From an uncultured Deinococcales bacterium (lineage in GTDB: Bacteria > Deinococcota > Deinococci > Deinococcales > JAAFIG01), in assembly GCA_964244895.1 (NCBI GenBank), contig CAXTKV010000050.1, positions 1-26,346 of the forward strand: a stretch of DNA of 26,346 nt. Reading direction: 5' to 3'. Position numbers and translations under genes: made by a program. This document shows positions 8,586 through 17,148 of this stretch, in pieces. Below the pieces are notes generated by a model, which was given only the letters and a program-made list of their open reading frames with translations, had not been told where the DNA came from and made no database searches. Every line of letters starts with the position of its first letter. Within the stretch, counting starts at the first letter, position 1.

Positions 8586-9784
8586 GACACCACCGCCGCC
8601 GCCTTGACCATCAGGTCGGCCAGACGCTCCCTGAACTCCGGGTGCCAACCGATCTTGAACGAGTTCGCGAGGATGTGCAGGCTGCCCCGGGCGAACATCC
8701 CGTTCAAGTAGTCCCTGCGGACGGTTCTGAAGTTGCTGCGCTCGGACCAGTCGAAGAGCCTCAACCCGAGCTTTCGCAGCGTGTCGTCGTCGGGCAGGTC
8801 GCCCTTCTCGTCGATCATCCTCTCGAACTCGAGCGCCCACTCTTCCGTGAGGTAGTCCTCATACCGCTCCAGCTCGTCATCGGTGATCAGACCCCGATCC
8901 AGCCACTTCGAGCGCTGGTGGTAGGCACGGTAGTACGTGCCGATCGCTCGGCGGAGGCGCGAGTTGCTGCTGAGGACGAGCTTCAGCTGGGCGACGAAGT
9001 ATCGCTGGTGTTCGGGAAGCTCGGATTCGTCCATCTCTAACGGCTTTGGGAAGTCGTCGGGAAGGTTGTGTTCCGAATACTGGTTGTTTAGGTCGTGGAG
9101 TTTGCTCAGAAGCTCGGCTGGCCTGACCGTCGCAGACGGGTTCTGGAGGAGCGCGTCCGTCTTGCGCGACCACCACCCCTCCAGAGCGTTGTAGAGGTCG
9201 TCCAGGAACTGAGGCCGTACCGAGAAGATCAGAAAGTGCTGCTTGATCTCCTCGACGACGTCGGATATGGAGGGTCGAGCGTCGAGCACGTTGACCCGCG
9301 ACAGCAGCTCGAGCCGCTCGGTCTCAGACAGCTTCAGGTAGCTGGCGTAGGCCGACTGAAGAGCGGCATTCTTGTTGTGCGTGGCTATATTGTGCAGCCG
9401 CCGATCCGCTTCCTTCACGTCGCGGGAACCCGTCGGGCGGAGCGTCGCAGCGACACCAGGTTCCGGTGCGGTTGAGGTCGTGATCAACGTGAGCATTGCC
9501 CGCGCGACCCGCTGCGGGTCACTTACAGTGAGTTCGCACCACACCCGGAGCGTCTTCCAGAGTTCAACGCTCGAGTCGGTCAGGTTCGCCGGGGTGATGT
9601 GCATCTTCGTCTGAAACAGCTCTTCCGCAACATCGCCGTCCTCGAAGGCTATATCATCCAAGCGCTCGAGCGACATTTCGGACGTCCGACCCTCACTGCT
9701 TGCCTTGAAAAGTAACAGGAGCGCCCAGCGAAATTGGTATTTGTACCCTAACGCGGACGGACCCGCCGAGAACGGGCTGGTCAT
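8582..9784 (-). CDS. lmuA: Lamassu effector LmuA: Cap4-like (DUF4297-type) nuclease plus ABC-3C C-terminal domain
   Basis: N-terminal SA.PSALGY.YQ...AL, E.LDDI.F.......LFQTK.H nuclease motif, S.ELWKTL..W. C-terminal FV.QL......AI..YYRA..QRS.W and RGSLHILAN..KIGWHP. Confidence 0.82.
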   Translation of the reverse strand: MTSPFSAGPSALGYKYQFRWALLLLFKASSEGRTSEMSLERLDDIAFEDGDVAEELFQTKMHITPANLTDSSVELWKTLRVWCELTVSDPQRVARAMLTLITTSTAPEPGVAATLRPTGSRDVKEADRRLHNIATHNKNAALQSAYASYLKLSETERLELLSRVNVLDARPSISDVVEEIKQHFLIFSVRPQFLDDLYNALEGWWSRKTDALLQNPSATVRPAELLSKLHDLNNQYSEHNLPDDFPKPLEMDESELPEHQRYFVAQLKLVLSSNSRLRRAIGTYYRAYHQRSKWLDRGLITDDELERYEDYLTEEWALEFERMIDEKGDLPDDDTLRKLGLRLFDWSERSNFRTVRRDYLNGMFARGSLHILANSFKIGWHPEFRERLADLMVKAAAVVS

Positions 9785-10008
9785 CGAGAACCCTTGTCCG
9801 CAAACATGCAAAGAACGGCGTGCAAGTTCACTGCATGTTCATCACGGTTTTGTTCCACGCTTGAATTCTATATTGAAATTCGGACCTGTTTAGGAACACC
9901 GCCCCAAACGGCGTTTCTAAGTTTGGACACGATTTCTTAGATTCTCGCGCTCAGCGCCAGTTCAAGGCAGGCGCACAGGATCGACGTACCGGGACGGGGA
10001 CGACGCTT

Positions 10009-10089
10009 CGCCCGTCAAGGTCGCGTTGCTCCCCTGACCGGCGTTCGCGCCGCCCCCAAATTGGTGTGGCTTCGAAAGGAGTCACACCA
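10009..10089 (+). promoter_or_regulatory. Structured leader: GTCAAGG/CCCTGAC hairpin followed by a hairpin that sequesters the RBS
   Basis: CGCCCGTCAAGG...CCCTGACCGGCG (imperfect stem), then TGGTGTGGCTTC-GAAA-GGAGTCACACCA (10062-10089) covering AGGAG and the A of ATG. Confidence 0.6.
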
Positions 10090-10586
10090 TGAACCCACTC
10101 GAGCCCAATCAGCCTTCCACCGAGGACGTCACCATCTCCGTCGACGACCGCCCGGACCGGCGCTACGCGATCTTCGTCCGGGGCGCACCATTCCGCATGG
10201 TGATCGTCTACGCCCACGCTGAGAGTCCCGCCGGTCGCTGGAGAAATCCCCGCGTCCGCTCCGAGGAGACCACGCTCGAGTTCAAACACCGAGGCCCGAA
10301 CGGCAACACCTGGACGAGCGCCCCCGGCGTGCGACACGCCCTGCGCCTGCCGAACGAGGCAATCACCTTCTTGCGGGAGCGCACCTACTCTTACCCGAAG
10401 ATCCTCGTGGCGGGCGTCGAGATCGTGACCTCGACCAGCGGCGGCAGCGCCCCGCGCGGCCCGAACGGCCAGGATCGCGGCTGGGAGGATTTCGTGTTCG
10501 AGACGATCGGCACGCTGGTCGTGCGCGACACCCTCTGGCTCGAGGCGCTCGCCCGCGTCGCGCTCGAACTCGGCGGTGGATTGTGA
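10089..10586 (+). CDS. hypothetical protein (165 aa)
   Basis: GAAAGGAG RBS, high-GC3 codon usage, GTGA overlap with the next gene. Confidence 0.75.
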   Translation: MNPLEPNQPSTEDVTISVDDRPDRRYAIFVRGAPFRMVIVYAHAESPAGRWRNPRVRSEETTLEFKHRGPNGNTWTSAPGVRHALRLPNEAITFLRERTYSYPKILVAGVEIVTSTSGGSAPRGPNGQDRGWEDFVFETIGTLVVRDTLWLEALARVALELGGGL

Positions 10587-11110
10587 CGCTCCCTCCCGAG
10601 GTGATGACCGCCTCGCGCATCACCGCCCAGGGCTTCGAGGCCCTGCTCGAGCGCGCCCTGCTCCACCCTGACTCGCGCGCCGCGCACCTCCTCTCGATCG
10701 TCGGGCCGCGCGAGGCCGTGCGCGCCCTCTGGGCCAAGGGCATCAGCGGCCACGAGGTGTTGATCTCGAGTGCTGGCCGCTTTCGCCGCCCCACTTTCTA
10801 CAACATGACGATGCGCCAGCAGAAGCTGCCCAGCGGCGCGACGCACCTGCTGGTGGCCTCGAAGGCCGTGCTCGCCGGGCGGGTGATCGTGGCCCGCACG
10901 GGCGCGGAACTCGAGGATCGCGTCTGGGCCTCGATCCAGCGCGGCTGCCGCACACCCCTGCACGCCAGTTGGCGGGACTTCGCGCTCGAGCGCGTTGCTC
11001 GAGTCGAACTCGAATCCTTCGGCCCTGTACTGGGCTGCGCCCTCGAGGGCTTAGACCGCTTCGGTGGCCTGGTGCGCGAGGCCGTCAAGGCGGGTGTGCT
11101 GTGCGCTTAG
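10583..11110 (+). CDS. hypothetical protein resembling the conserved ICE/plasmid ORF that precedes DUF6094 methyltransferases
   Basis: Coupled to both neighbours. LSIVGPREAVRAL and TPLHASW motifs recall that family (recognised by eye). Confidence 0.65.
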   Translation: MTLPPEVMTASRITAQGFEALLERALLHPDSRAAHLLSIVGPREAVRALWAKGISGHEVLISSAGRFRRPTFYNMTMRQQKLPSGATHLLVASKAVLAGRVIVARTGAELEDRVWASIQRGCRTPLHASWRDFALERVARVELESFGPVLGCALEGLDRFGGLVREAVKAGVLCA

Positions 11111-12033
11111 CCTCGACGGCTAAGGCCGGGTTCTACCCCACGCCGCCCTCGATCGTCAGCTTTCTGATCTCGCGGCTCGAGCCTTGCGCGGGCGTGACGG
11201 CGCTCGACCCGTGCTGCGGCACGGGCGATGCCCTGGCCCGGATCTGCGGGGTGATCCAGGCGAGGGGCTACGGGATCGAACTCGAGGCGGAGCGCGCCCG
11301 CGAGGCCCGAACGAAGCTCGGTGAGGTTCGCACCGGCGACGCCTTGCGCCACGAGGCGCGCGGGTTTTCCTTGCTCTACCTCAACCCGCCCTACGACACC
11401 GACGCGGGCGAGCGCCTCGAGCGGCGCTTCCTGGCGCAGTACGCGAGCAGCCTGCTCGAGCGCGGCTTGCTGGTCTTGATCGTGCCCGAGTCCGTCCTCC
11501 CGGCCTGCCGCGACCTGCTCGAGCACCACTTCTTCAATCTCGGCGTCTGGCGATTCCCACCGGAGGACTACGCCGCTTACCGCCAGGTGATCGTCACCGG
11601 TTTCAAACGCTCCGATCGCCATGCTCCAGGAATCCTGCCCGAAGTCTCGGTGCTCGAGGCGATGCCGCGCCTGGCCCTCAGGGCGGGCCACGACCCGCTC
11701 GTGCGCCGCCACCGGGTGACGGAGGCCGAGCAGCTCAGTGAGGCGGCCTCGAGTCCCCTGTGGGACGACCTGTGGCAGAAGACCGCCCCCGTTTTGAGCG
11801 CCTTCCGCCCGTTGCACGCCGTGCGCGAGGGCCACCTGGCGCTCCTGGTCGCGGCGGGGATGCTCAACGGCGTGGTGGTCGAGGGCGGCGGGCGCAGGCT
11901 CCTCGTGCGCGGCCTGACCGAGAAGACCACGACCATCGAGGAGGGTGAGGACCGCACCGTCGAGCGCGAGCAGTTCGTCGGCGCGGTGGTCGCGCTCGAC
12001 CTCGACAGCGGGGAGGAGGTGAACGTCAGATGA
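11101..12033 (+). CDS. Orphan class I SAM-dependent DNA N6-adenine methyltransferase (DUF6094-type)
   Basis: GTG start RLAS.AKAGFYPTP, motif I DPCCGTG, YGIELE..RA, catalytic LYLNPPY. No cognate restriction nuclease alongside. Confidence 0.85.
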   Translation: MRLASTAKAGFYPTPPSIVSFLISRLEPCAGVTALDPCCGTGDALARICGVIQARGYGIELEAERAREARTKLGEVRTGDALRHEARGFSLLYLNPPYDTDAGERLERRFLAQYASSLLERGLLVLIVPESVLPACRDLLEHHFFNLGVWRFPPEDYAAYRQVIVTGFKRSDRHAPGILPEVSVLEAMPRLALRAGHDPLVRRHRVTEAEQLSEAASSPLWDDLWQKTAPVLSAFRPLHAVREGHLALLVAAGMLNGVVVEGGGRRLLVRGLTEKTTTIEEGEDRTVEREQFVGAVVALDLDSGEEVNVR

Positions 12034-14186
12034 CCGTCCCCGTCAGCACCGAGGCCGATCTGCGCCTGGCCGTAAACCCAACCGACGAGGCTCCTGGCTC
12101 GAGCCTCACGATGCGCGCCTTCCTCGAGCAGTTCGGCGCGAGCCTGATGCGCGAGGCCGGGGCGCTCTACCCGCCTGTGGTCGAGGATGGCCAGCTCGCG
12201 CTGCCCGAGAGCCTCAAGCGCCCGCCCAAGGGCGACCAGGCCAAAGCCATCAAGGCCGCGCTGTCCGGGTTCGCGCGCGGCTTGCGGCAGGTCTTCGTGG
12301 TCGCGGAGATGGGCACGGGCAAAACCATGCTGGCCATCACCATCGCCCACCTCGCTGGGTACTCGAGGGTGCTGGTGATGTGCCCGCCGCACATCGTGCA
12401 GAAGTGGGCGCGCGAGATCCGCATGACCGTCCCGACCGAGGTCCACGTGCTCGAGTCGATCCGCGACGTCGAGGCCGCGCGCCACCGCACAGGCTTCTTC
12501 CTCGTCTCGCGCGAGAAGGCCAAACTCGGGGGACGATGGAAACCCGCCGTGACCCAGAAGCGCCGGTTCAAGGATCAGTTCTCCTGCTGCCCGGATTGCG
12601 GTCAGCCCGTGATGCTCGACGGCGTGCCGATCAAACCCGAGGCGCTCGAGCGCAAGAAGCACGCCTGCCCCTGCGGCGCGCGGCTCTGGACGGTTGATCG
12701 CGGCGGGCCGAGGCGGGTGGCGCTGGCCGAGTACATCAGCCGTCGGTTGCCGCGCGGATTCTTCGATTTACTCGTGCTCGACGAGGTGCACGAGCTGAAA
12801 AGCGGTAGTTCCGCACAGGGCATCAACGCCGGACGGCTCGGCGAACACGCCCGGCGCACGCTCGTCCTGACCGGCACGCTCTTCGGTGGCTACGCCAGCA
12901 CGCTCTTTCACCTGCTGTGGCGCTTCAACGACGCGATCCGCACCAGGTACAAGATCGACGACGCCAAGCGCTTCATCGAGGACTTTGGCTTGGTCGAGCG
13001 CATCACCACCCACGGGATCGAGGAGGACGGTCGCACCAGTGCCCGCCGCAACGCGCGCGTGACCTCCAAGGAGCGCCCCGGCGTCAACCCGAAGGTGCTG
13101 ACGGATCTCCTGGGTTGCACGGTTTTCTTGCGGCTCTCCGACATCGGCGATGACCTGCCGCCTTACGAGGAATCCGTGCTCGAGGTCGAGATGGAGCCCG
13201 AGCAGCACGAGGTCCACACGCGCTTCCGCGAGCGGTTAATGGCCGAGGTGCGCCAGGCCCTGGCCAACGGCGACAAGCGCTTGCTCGGCAAGGCGATGAT
13301 GCCGCTCTTGCACCACCCCGACACGCCCTACCGGGCCGAGCGCGTGACGCTCGAGGAACCGACGGCCCCGGACGGCGTGCGCGTGGTCGCCCAAGCCCGC
13401 GCGCTCGAGGCGAGCCGCCTCTACCCCAAGGAGAAATTGCTCTGCGAGTTCGTCAGCGAGCGGGCCGTCGAGGGCCGCAAGACGCTCGTCTACGTGCAGG
13501 GCACCGAGAGGCGCGACGTGACCGCGCGCTTGAAGGGACTGCTCGAACTCTACGGCGTGCGGGCGATGATCCTCAAATCGGATACGGTCGATACCAAGCG
13601 CCGCGAGGAATTCGTGCTCGAGACGCAGGACGGCATCGACGCGCTGATCTGCCACCCGAGGCTGGTGCAGACGGGCTTGGATCTCCTGGCATTCCCGTCG
13701 ATCGTCTTCTACCAGGTCGAGTACAGCACCTACACCCTGCGCCAGGCCTCGCGGCGCTCGTTTCGGATCGGGCAGGATCGGGACGTGGAGGTCGTGCATA
13801 TGGCCTACCGCGACACGGCCCAACTCCCGGCCTTGAAGCTGATCGCGGCCAAAGCGCAGAAGTCCCTGGCGCTCGAGGGCGAGTTGGTCGAGACGGGCTT
13901 GACCAACCTGGCGGACGAGGACGTGCTGTTGGCGCTGGCGAGATCGCTCGTGACGGGTGGAGAGCCGGAGGGTGAATTGAAGGCAACGCGCGTGCAGCGG
14001 CGCGAGGAAGATGCGCCAGAGGCGGCCACGGTGCTGCTCGAACGCGGATCGGTGGCCAGTGCAGGTCGGCTCACGGCGCCAGCCCAATCGGATGGCGAGG
14101 TCGTCTCGGGTCAGGCGGTACTCTTCGCGCTGACGGACTTGCTCGAGCCGGGAACGGTCCCTCGCCCCGTCAAGAAGAGCGCTTGA
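12030..14186 (+). CDS. SF2 SNF2-like DEAD/DEAH helicase with Zn-finger insertion
   Basis: AEMGTGKT, LDEVH, LTGT, TGLDL, QASRRSFRIGQ; CPDCG...CPCG insertion. ATGA overlap with the methyltransferase. Confidence 0.9.
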   Translation: MTVPVSTEADLRLAVNPTDEAPGSSLTMRAFLEQFGASLMREAGALYPPVVEDGQLALPESLKRPPKGDQAKAIKAALSGFARGLRQVFVVAEMGTGKTMLAITIAHLAGYSRVLVMCPPHIVQKWAREIRMTVPTEVHVLESIRDVEAARHRTGFFLVSREKAKLGGRWKPAVTQKRRFKDQFSCCPDCGQPVMLDGVPIKPEALERKKHACPCGARLWTVDRGGPRRVALAEYISRRLPRGFFDLLVLDEVHELKSGSSAQGINAGRLGEHARRTLVLTGTLFGGYASTLFHLLWRFNDAIRTRYKIDDAKRFIEDFGLVERITTHGIEEDGRTSARRNARVTSKERPGVNPKVLTDLLGCTVFLRLSDIGDDLPPYEESVLEVEMEPEQHEVHTRFRERLMAEVRQALANGDKRLLGKAMMPLLHHPDTPYRAERVTLEEPTAPDGVRVVAQARALEASRLYPKEKLLCEFVSERAVEGRKTLVYVQGTERRDVTARLKGLLELYGVRAMILKSDTVDTKRREEFVLETQDGIDALICHPRLVQTGLDLLAFPSIVFYQVEYSTYTLRQASRRSFRIGQDRDVEVVHMAYRDTAQLPALKLIAAKAQKSLALEGELVETGLTNLADEDVLLALARSLVTGGEPEGELKATRVQRREEDAPEAATVLLERGSVASAGRLTAPAQSDGEVVSGQAVLFALTDLLEPGTVPRPVKKSA

Positions 14187-14323
14187 CTGGGCTTCGGGCC
14201 GCTCCCGAAGCGCGTGCGCCGAAAGGAGATGACCCATGAGGCAAACAGCAGCGAACGAATCCGGCGCGGGCTGGTGAGACTCAAGATGAGCGAGGACTGG
14301 TTTCTTGACACGGAGGTGCTCGA

Positions 14324-14710
14324 GTGGAAGAGGGCTTCATACTGGTGTTCCTCGAGGACGGCGCAATCGAACGGCGCTGGTTCGAGGGCGCGACGCCGAG
14401 CCTGGTGCTCTTGCAGGCGGCGGTCGGCGGGTATATCGAACTCGTCGCGCCGAAGTTTCACGCGGTGGCTGACGGCGAGGTCTGGATCAACGAGGAGGGC
14501 CTCGGCGCGCTCCCTCCGAACCCATCGGGATCGAGCGCAGTCGGGCTGGACCTCTCGGTCTTCGAGCCGTTCTGCGGGCCGATCGTCGTCTCGCCGTTTC
14601 CGGGCGGCGAGCGGGCGATGACACGATTGCGGGACTCGGCCTTTCATCGGGCGCTCGAAGCGACCTTGCGCGACGTGCCCGCCTTTGGAGGTGCGCCGTG
14701 GCGCGGGTGA
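14324..14710 (+). CDS. DUF3846-like protein
   Basis: LQAAVGGYIE...WINEEG...LPPN...GPIVV motif; GGAGGT RBS. Confidence 0.75.
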   Translation: MEEGFILVFLEDGAIERRWFEGATPSLVLLQAAVGGYIELVAPKFHAVADGEVWINEEGLGALPPNPSGSSAVGLDLSVFEPFCGPIVVSPFPGGERAMTRLRDSAFHRALEATLRDVPAFGGAPWRG

Positions 14711-15021
14711 GCTTCAACGGACCCGAGGAATTCCTCGAAGAACTCGAGCGCGATCGGTCGCTGGTCGAGCGCGATCTCGTGCGCGTGACGGGCCTCTACC
14801 GGCGCGGCGGGCCGCTGCCGATGACGCGCGTGGCCCTGGTGGCGACGGCCAAGGTGGCGGGCGACGTGCTGCGGCTCGAACTCGAGGTGGGTTCCTTCAT
14901 CGCGCGCGAGGACGCCGAGGCGCACGGCGTGATGAAGCGCCTCGGTGAGCGCCGCGCCTGGCTGGAGGCGGAACTCGCGCGGCTCAAGCTCGAGGTGCGC
15001 ACGGGAATGCTCGAGCCTTGA
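14698..15021 (+). CDS. hypothetical protein (107 aa)
   Basis: GGAGGT RBS, GTG start, codon usage matches neighbours. Confidence 0.7.
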   Translation: MARVSFNGPEEFLEELERDRSLVERDLVRVTGLYRRGGPLPMTRVALVATAKVAGDVLRLELEVGSFIAREDAEAHGVMKRLGERRAWLEAELARLKLEVRTGMLEP

Positions 15022-15058
15022 CCCGTTCGGCCTCGCTGATTCCCAAGGAGGTGGTTCC

Positions 15059-15763
15059 GTGTTCGAATCGCTCTCGAAACTGATTCCCCACGAGGGGGAC
15101 ACGCTGCTGTTGACGCTCGCCCGAGACGGCGAGGGCTGGCGCGTCAACCTCGTCCCCCACCCCACCGACGCGACGCTCGCTGAAGCCCGATCACCCCTGA
15201 CGCTGGTGGCCAGCCTCGAGGATCTCGAGACGGGCTTCGAGGCCGCCCTCGAGCGCTTTTGCGCCGCGACCGCCCCCTTGCTCGAGCAGGTCGAGCAGGC
15301 TATCCAGGCCAGCAAGCAGGCCGCCGAGGAGGCGAGGGCCAAGGTCGCGCCGAAGTCCGCCAAGCCACCCGCGAAATCGGCCCCCCAGCCCAAGCCCGAG
15401 GTCCAGGCGGAACCAGCGGCCCAGGGCGATCTCTTCAGCGCGAGCGCGGCGGCGTCCGAGGCTGTTCCCAGTCCAGCCCCGGCGACGGAACCCGCACTGG
15501 TCACCGCCCCACCCGTGCCGTTCACGCCCGACCCGCAAGCGCAACTCAAGCGCCGCCTCGGCCAGCTCGGCCTCGAGCGCCAGTCGCTGAGCGAGCGTTT
15601 GAACGGCGCGGCGGCCTCGTTCGAGCTCGAGGGCGCGTTCGTCGAAGGTGTGCTGCACCCGTCCCTCGACGGCACCCCCCTCGGGCGCAAGTACCTCGAG
15701 GTCGTCGGCAAGATTCAGATGCTCGAGCGCCGTGGCACCGAGGCGCTCTCGGAGGTGGTGTGA
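15059..15763 (+). CDS. PRTRC system protein E
   Basis: AAGGAGG RBS. MFESL..L......LLL.......RVNLVP......PLTL.AS.EDL..GF...L, followed by an Ala/Pro/Lys-rich linker containing DLF. Confidence 0.85.
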   Translation: MFESLSKLIPHEGDTLLLTLARDGEGWRVNLVPHPTDATLAEARSPLTLVASLEDLETGFEAALERFCAATAPLLEQVEQAIQASKQAAEEARAKVAPKSAKPPAKSAPQPKPEVQAEPAAQGDLFSASAAASEAVPSPAPATEPALVTAPPVPFTPDPQAQLKRRLGQLGLERQSLSERLNGAAASFELEGAFVEGVLHPSLDGTPLGRKYLEVVGKIQMLERRGTEALSEVV

Positions 15764-15993
15764 TGGCCAGCGAAACGAAGTCAGGCACAGTCCAGGTCGA
15801 AGTCATCCGGCGCGAGTTCCGCTACGAGGGCCGGGTCCTGGCCGACCCGAACCCGAGGCTCGAACCGGACGGTGTGCGCGGCTTCTACGCGCAGCAGTTC
15901 CCGGAGCTGGTGAACGCGGTGCTCGAGGGTCCCGTGCTCGAGCGCGGGCGGCGCGTCTACCGCTTCGCGCGTCGCGTCGGGAAGAACGGGTGA
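15763..15993 (+). CDS. PRTRC system protein C (prokaryotic ubiquitin-like)
   Basis: 76 aa. REFRY.G..L.DPNP.L....VR.FYA.QFPEL.NA.LEGP......VY.F...VGKNG with C-terminal Gly. TGATG coupling. Confidence 0.9.
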   Translation: MASETKSGTVQVEVIRREFRYEGRVLADPNPRLEPDGVRGFYAQQFPELVNAVLEGPVLERGRRVYRFARRVGKNG

Positions 15994-15996
15994 GCC

Positions 15997-16218
15997 GTGG
16001 CCAGGTGCGCTCGAGCGGGTGCAAAGAATCAAGACAGCCTCAGGGCGACGCTCGAGCGCCTGATTCGCCTCGAGCCGGGCGAGCGCCCCGAGGCGCTGAC
16101 CGCCTTCCTCGAGGACGAGGACGCCCAACGCGCCAGCGAGATCGCCGCCCGGTTGACCAACGCCGCCCGCAACCGGACCCTCGTGCCCCCGCCGGAGCTG
16201 CCGGGCGTGCTGGACTGA
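15997..16218 (+). CDS. small hypothetical protein within the PRTRC operon
   Basis: 73-aa ORF fills the gap between C and F exactly; high-GC3 codons. Confidence 0.55.
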   Translation: MARCARAGAKNQDSLRATLERLIRLEPGERPEALTAFLEDEDAQRASEIAARLTNAARNRTLVPPPELPGVLD

Positions 16219-17147
16219 ACGCCTTTTCGTTGCCGCGACTCGGCGAGGCGGCGAATCCGATCGACCTCGGCGATCCCCGCCCGATGGCGAGACTGGCGCT
16301 CGATCTGCTCGAGGGCGGTGGCTTCGACGAGGCGCTCTGGTCGCCCGATCTTGAGATCGCCGACTGGCTCGGGCGCGCGTGGGAGGTGATCGTCGAGCGC
16401 GAGTTCGGCGGTCTACGGCTCGAGGCCAGTCTGACGCTCGAAATCGAGGGCGGGTCCGCCTGGGTCGGGCTGCGCGCCGAAGCGTGTACCTTCTGGGACG
16501 CGAGCGAGGTCTACGCCGCGCTCGAGGTGCTCTCGCCCGGCGCGGGTCAGGGCGTGCTCGCCCTGGTCGAATCGCTCGGCGGGCCGATGCCGGTGCTGAC
16601 CCCGAACCGCGCCCTCGAGTTCTGCCGGATGACGGGCACGACGCCCGAGGGGATGCTGCCCGAGGCCTACGCGTCGCTCGAGCCGATTCCGCGCGGTGCG
16701 CTCGAGGCCCTCGCGCGCGGTGAGCGGCCCGTACCGGGGGCGCTCTTTCCTGAGATCGGCGTGCCCGGTTTGGCGCGGCTGAGGGCGATCCTCGAGGCGG
16801 TGCGGGCCGTCGAGATCGCACTCGAGGCCTTGGGTGAGGAACAGGCCGGGCCAGCGTACAGCGACGCCTCGTGGCTGCCCGGCTACGGCCTCGGGCTGGT
16901 TGGGCCGCGCGGCGACCTCTGCTGGCACGCGGCGATGGAACTCGAGCAGTACGCGCGCGAGGAGGCGGGGATCGAGCTCGGCTGGCGGGTCGAAATCGAG
17001 GCGGACGAACCCGAGGGCTTCGCCGCGCTCGTGCGCTTCCTGGACTGCGCCCCAATGGTGCTCCGGGCGCTCGAGCGGCTGCTCGACGTGCTCGGGACGG
17101 AAAAGACTCGAGACGACGGCGAGAACCCGTTCGGGGAGGGGGATTGA
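16215..17147 (+). CDS. PRTRC system protein F-like
   Basis: Position between C and B. N-terminal FSLPRL, LE.L.PG.G..VL and VLTP patterns. Start is CTG 16215 or ATG 16284. Confidence 0.65.
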   Translation: MNAFSLPRLGEAANPIDLGDPRPMARLALDLLEGGGFDEALWSPDLEIADWLGRAWEVIVEREFGGLRLEASLTLEIEGGSAWVGLRAEACTFWDASEVYAALEVLSPGAGQGVLALVESLGGPMPVLTPNRALEFCRMTGTTPEGMLPEAYASLEPIPRGALEALARGERPVPGALFPEIGVPGLARLRAILEAVRAVEIALEALGEEQAGPAYSDASWLPGYGLGLVGPRGDLCWHAAMELEQYAREEAGIELGWRVEIEADEPEGFAALVRFLDCAPMVLRALERLLDVLGTEKTRDDGENPFGEGD

Positions 17148-17148
17148 G

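Noticed and set aside
8586..8840. N-terminal extension of the 8088..8840 ORF
   Set aside because: Overlaps the lmuA 3' end; the family-like sequence begins at TTG 8585.
14214..14621. 135-aa ORF
   Set aside because: Arg/Ser-rich out-of-frame overlap of the DUF3846 gene.
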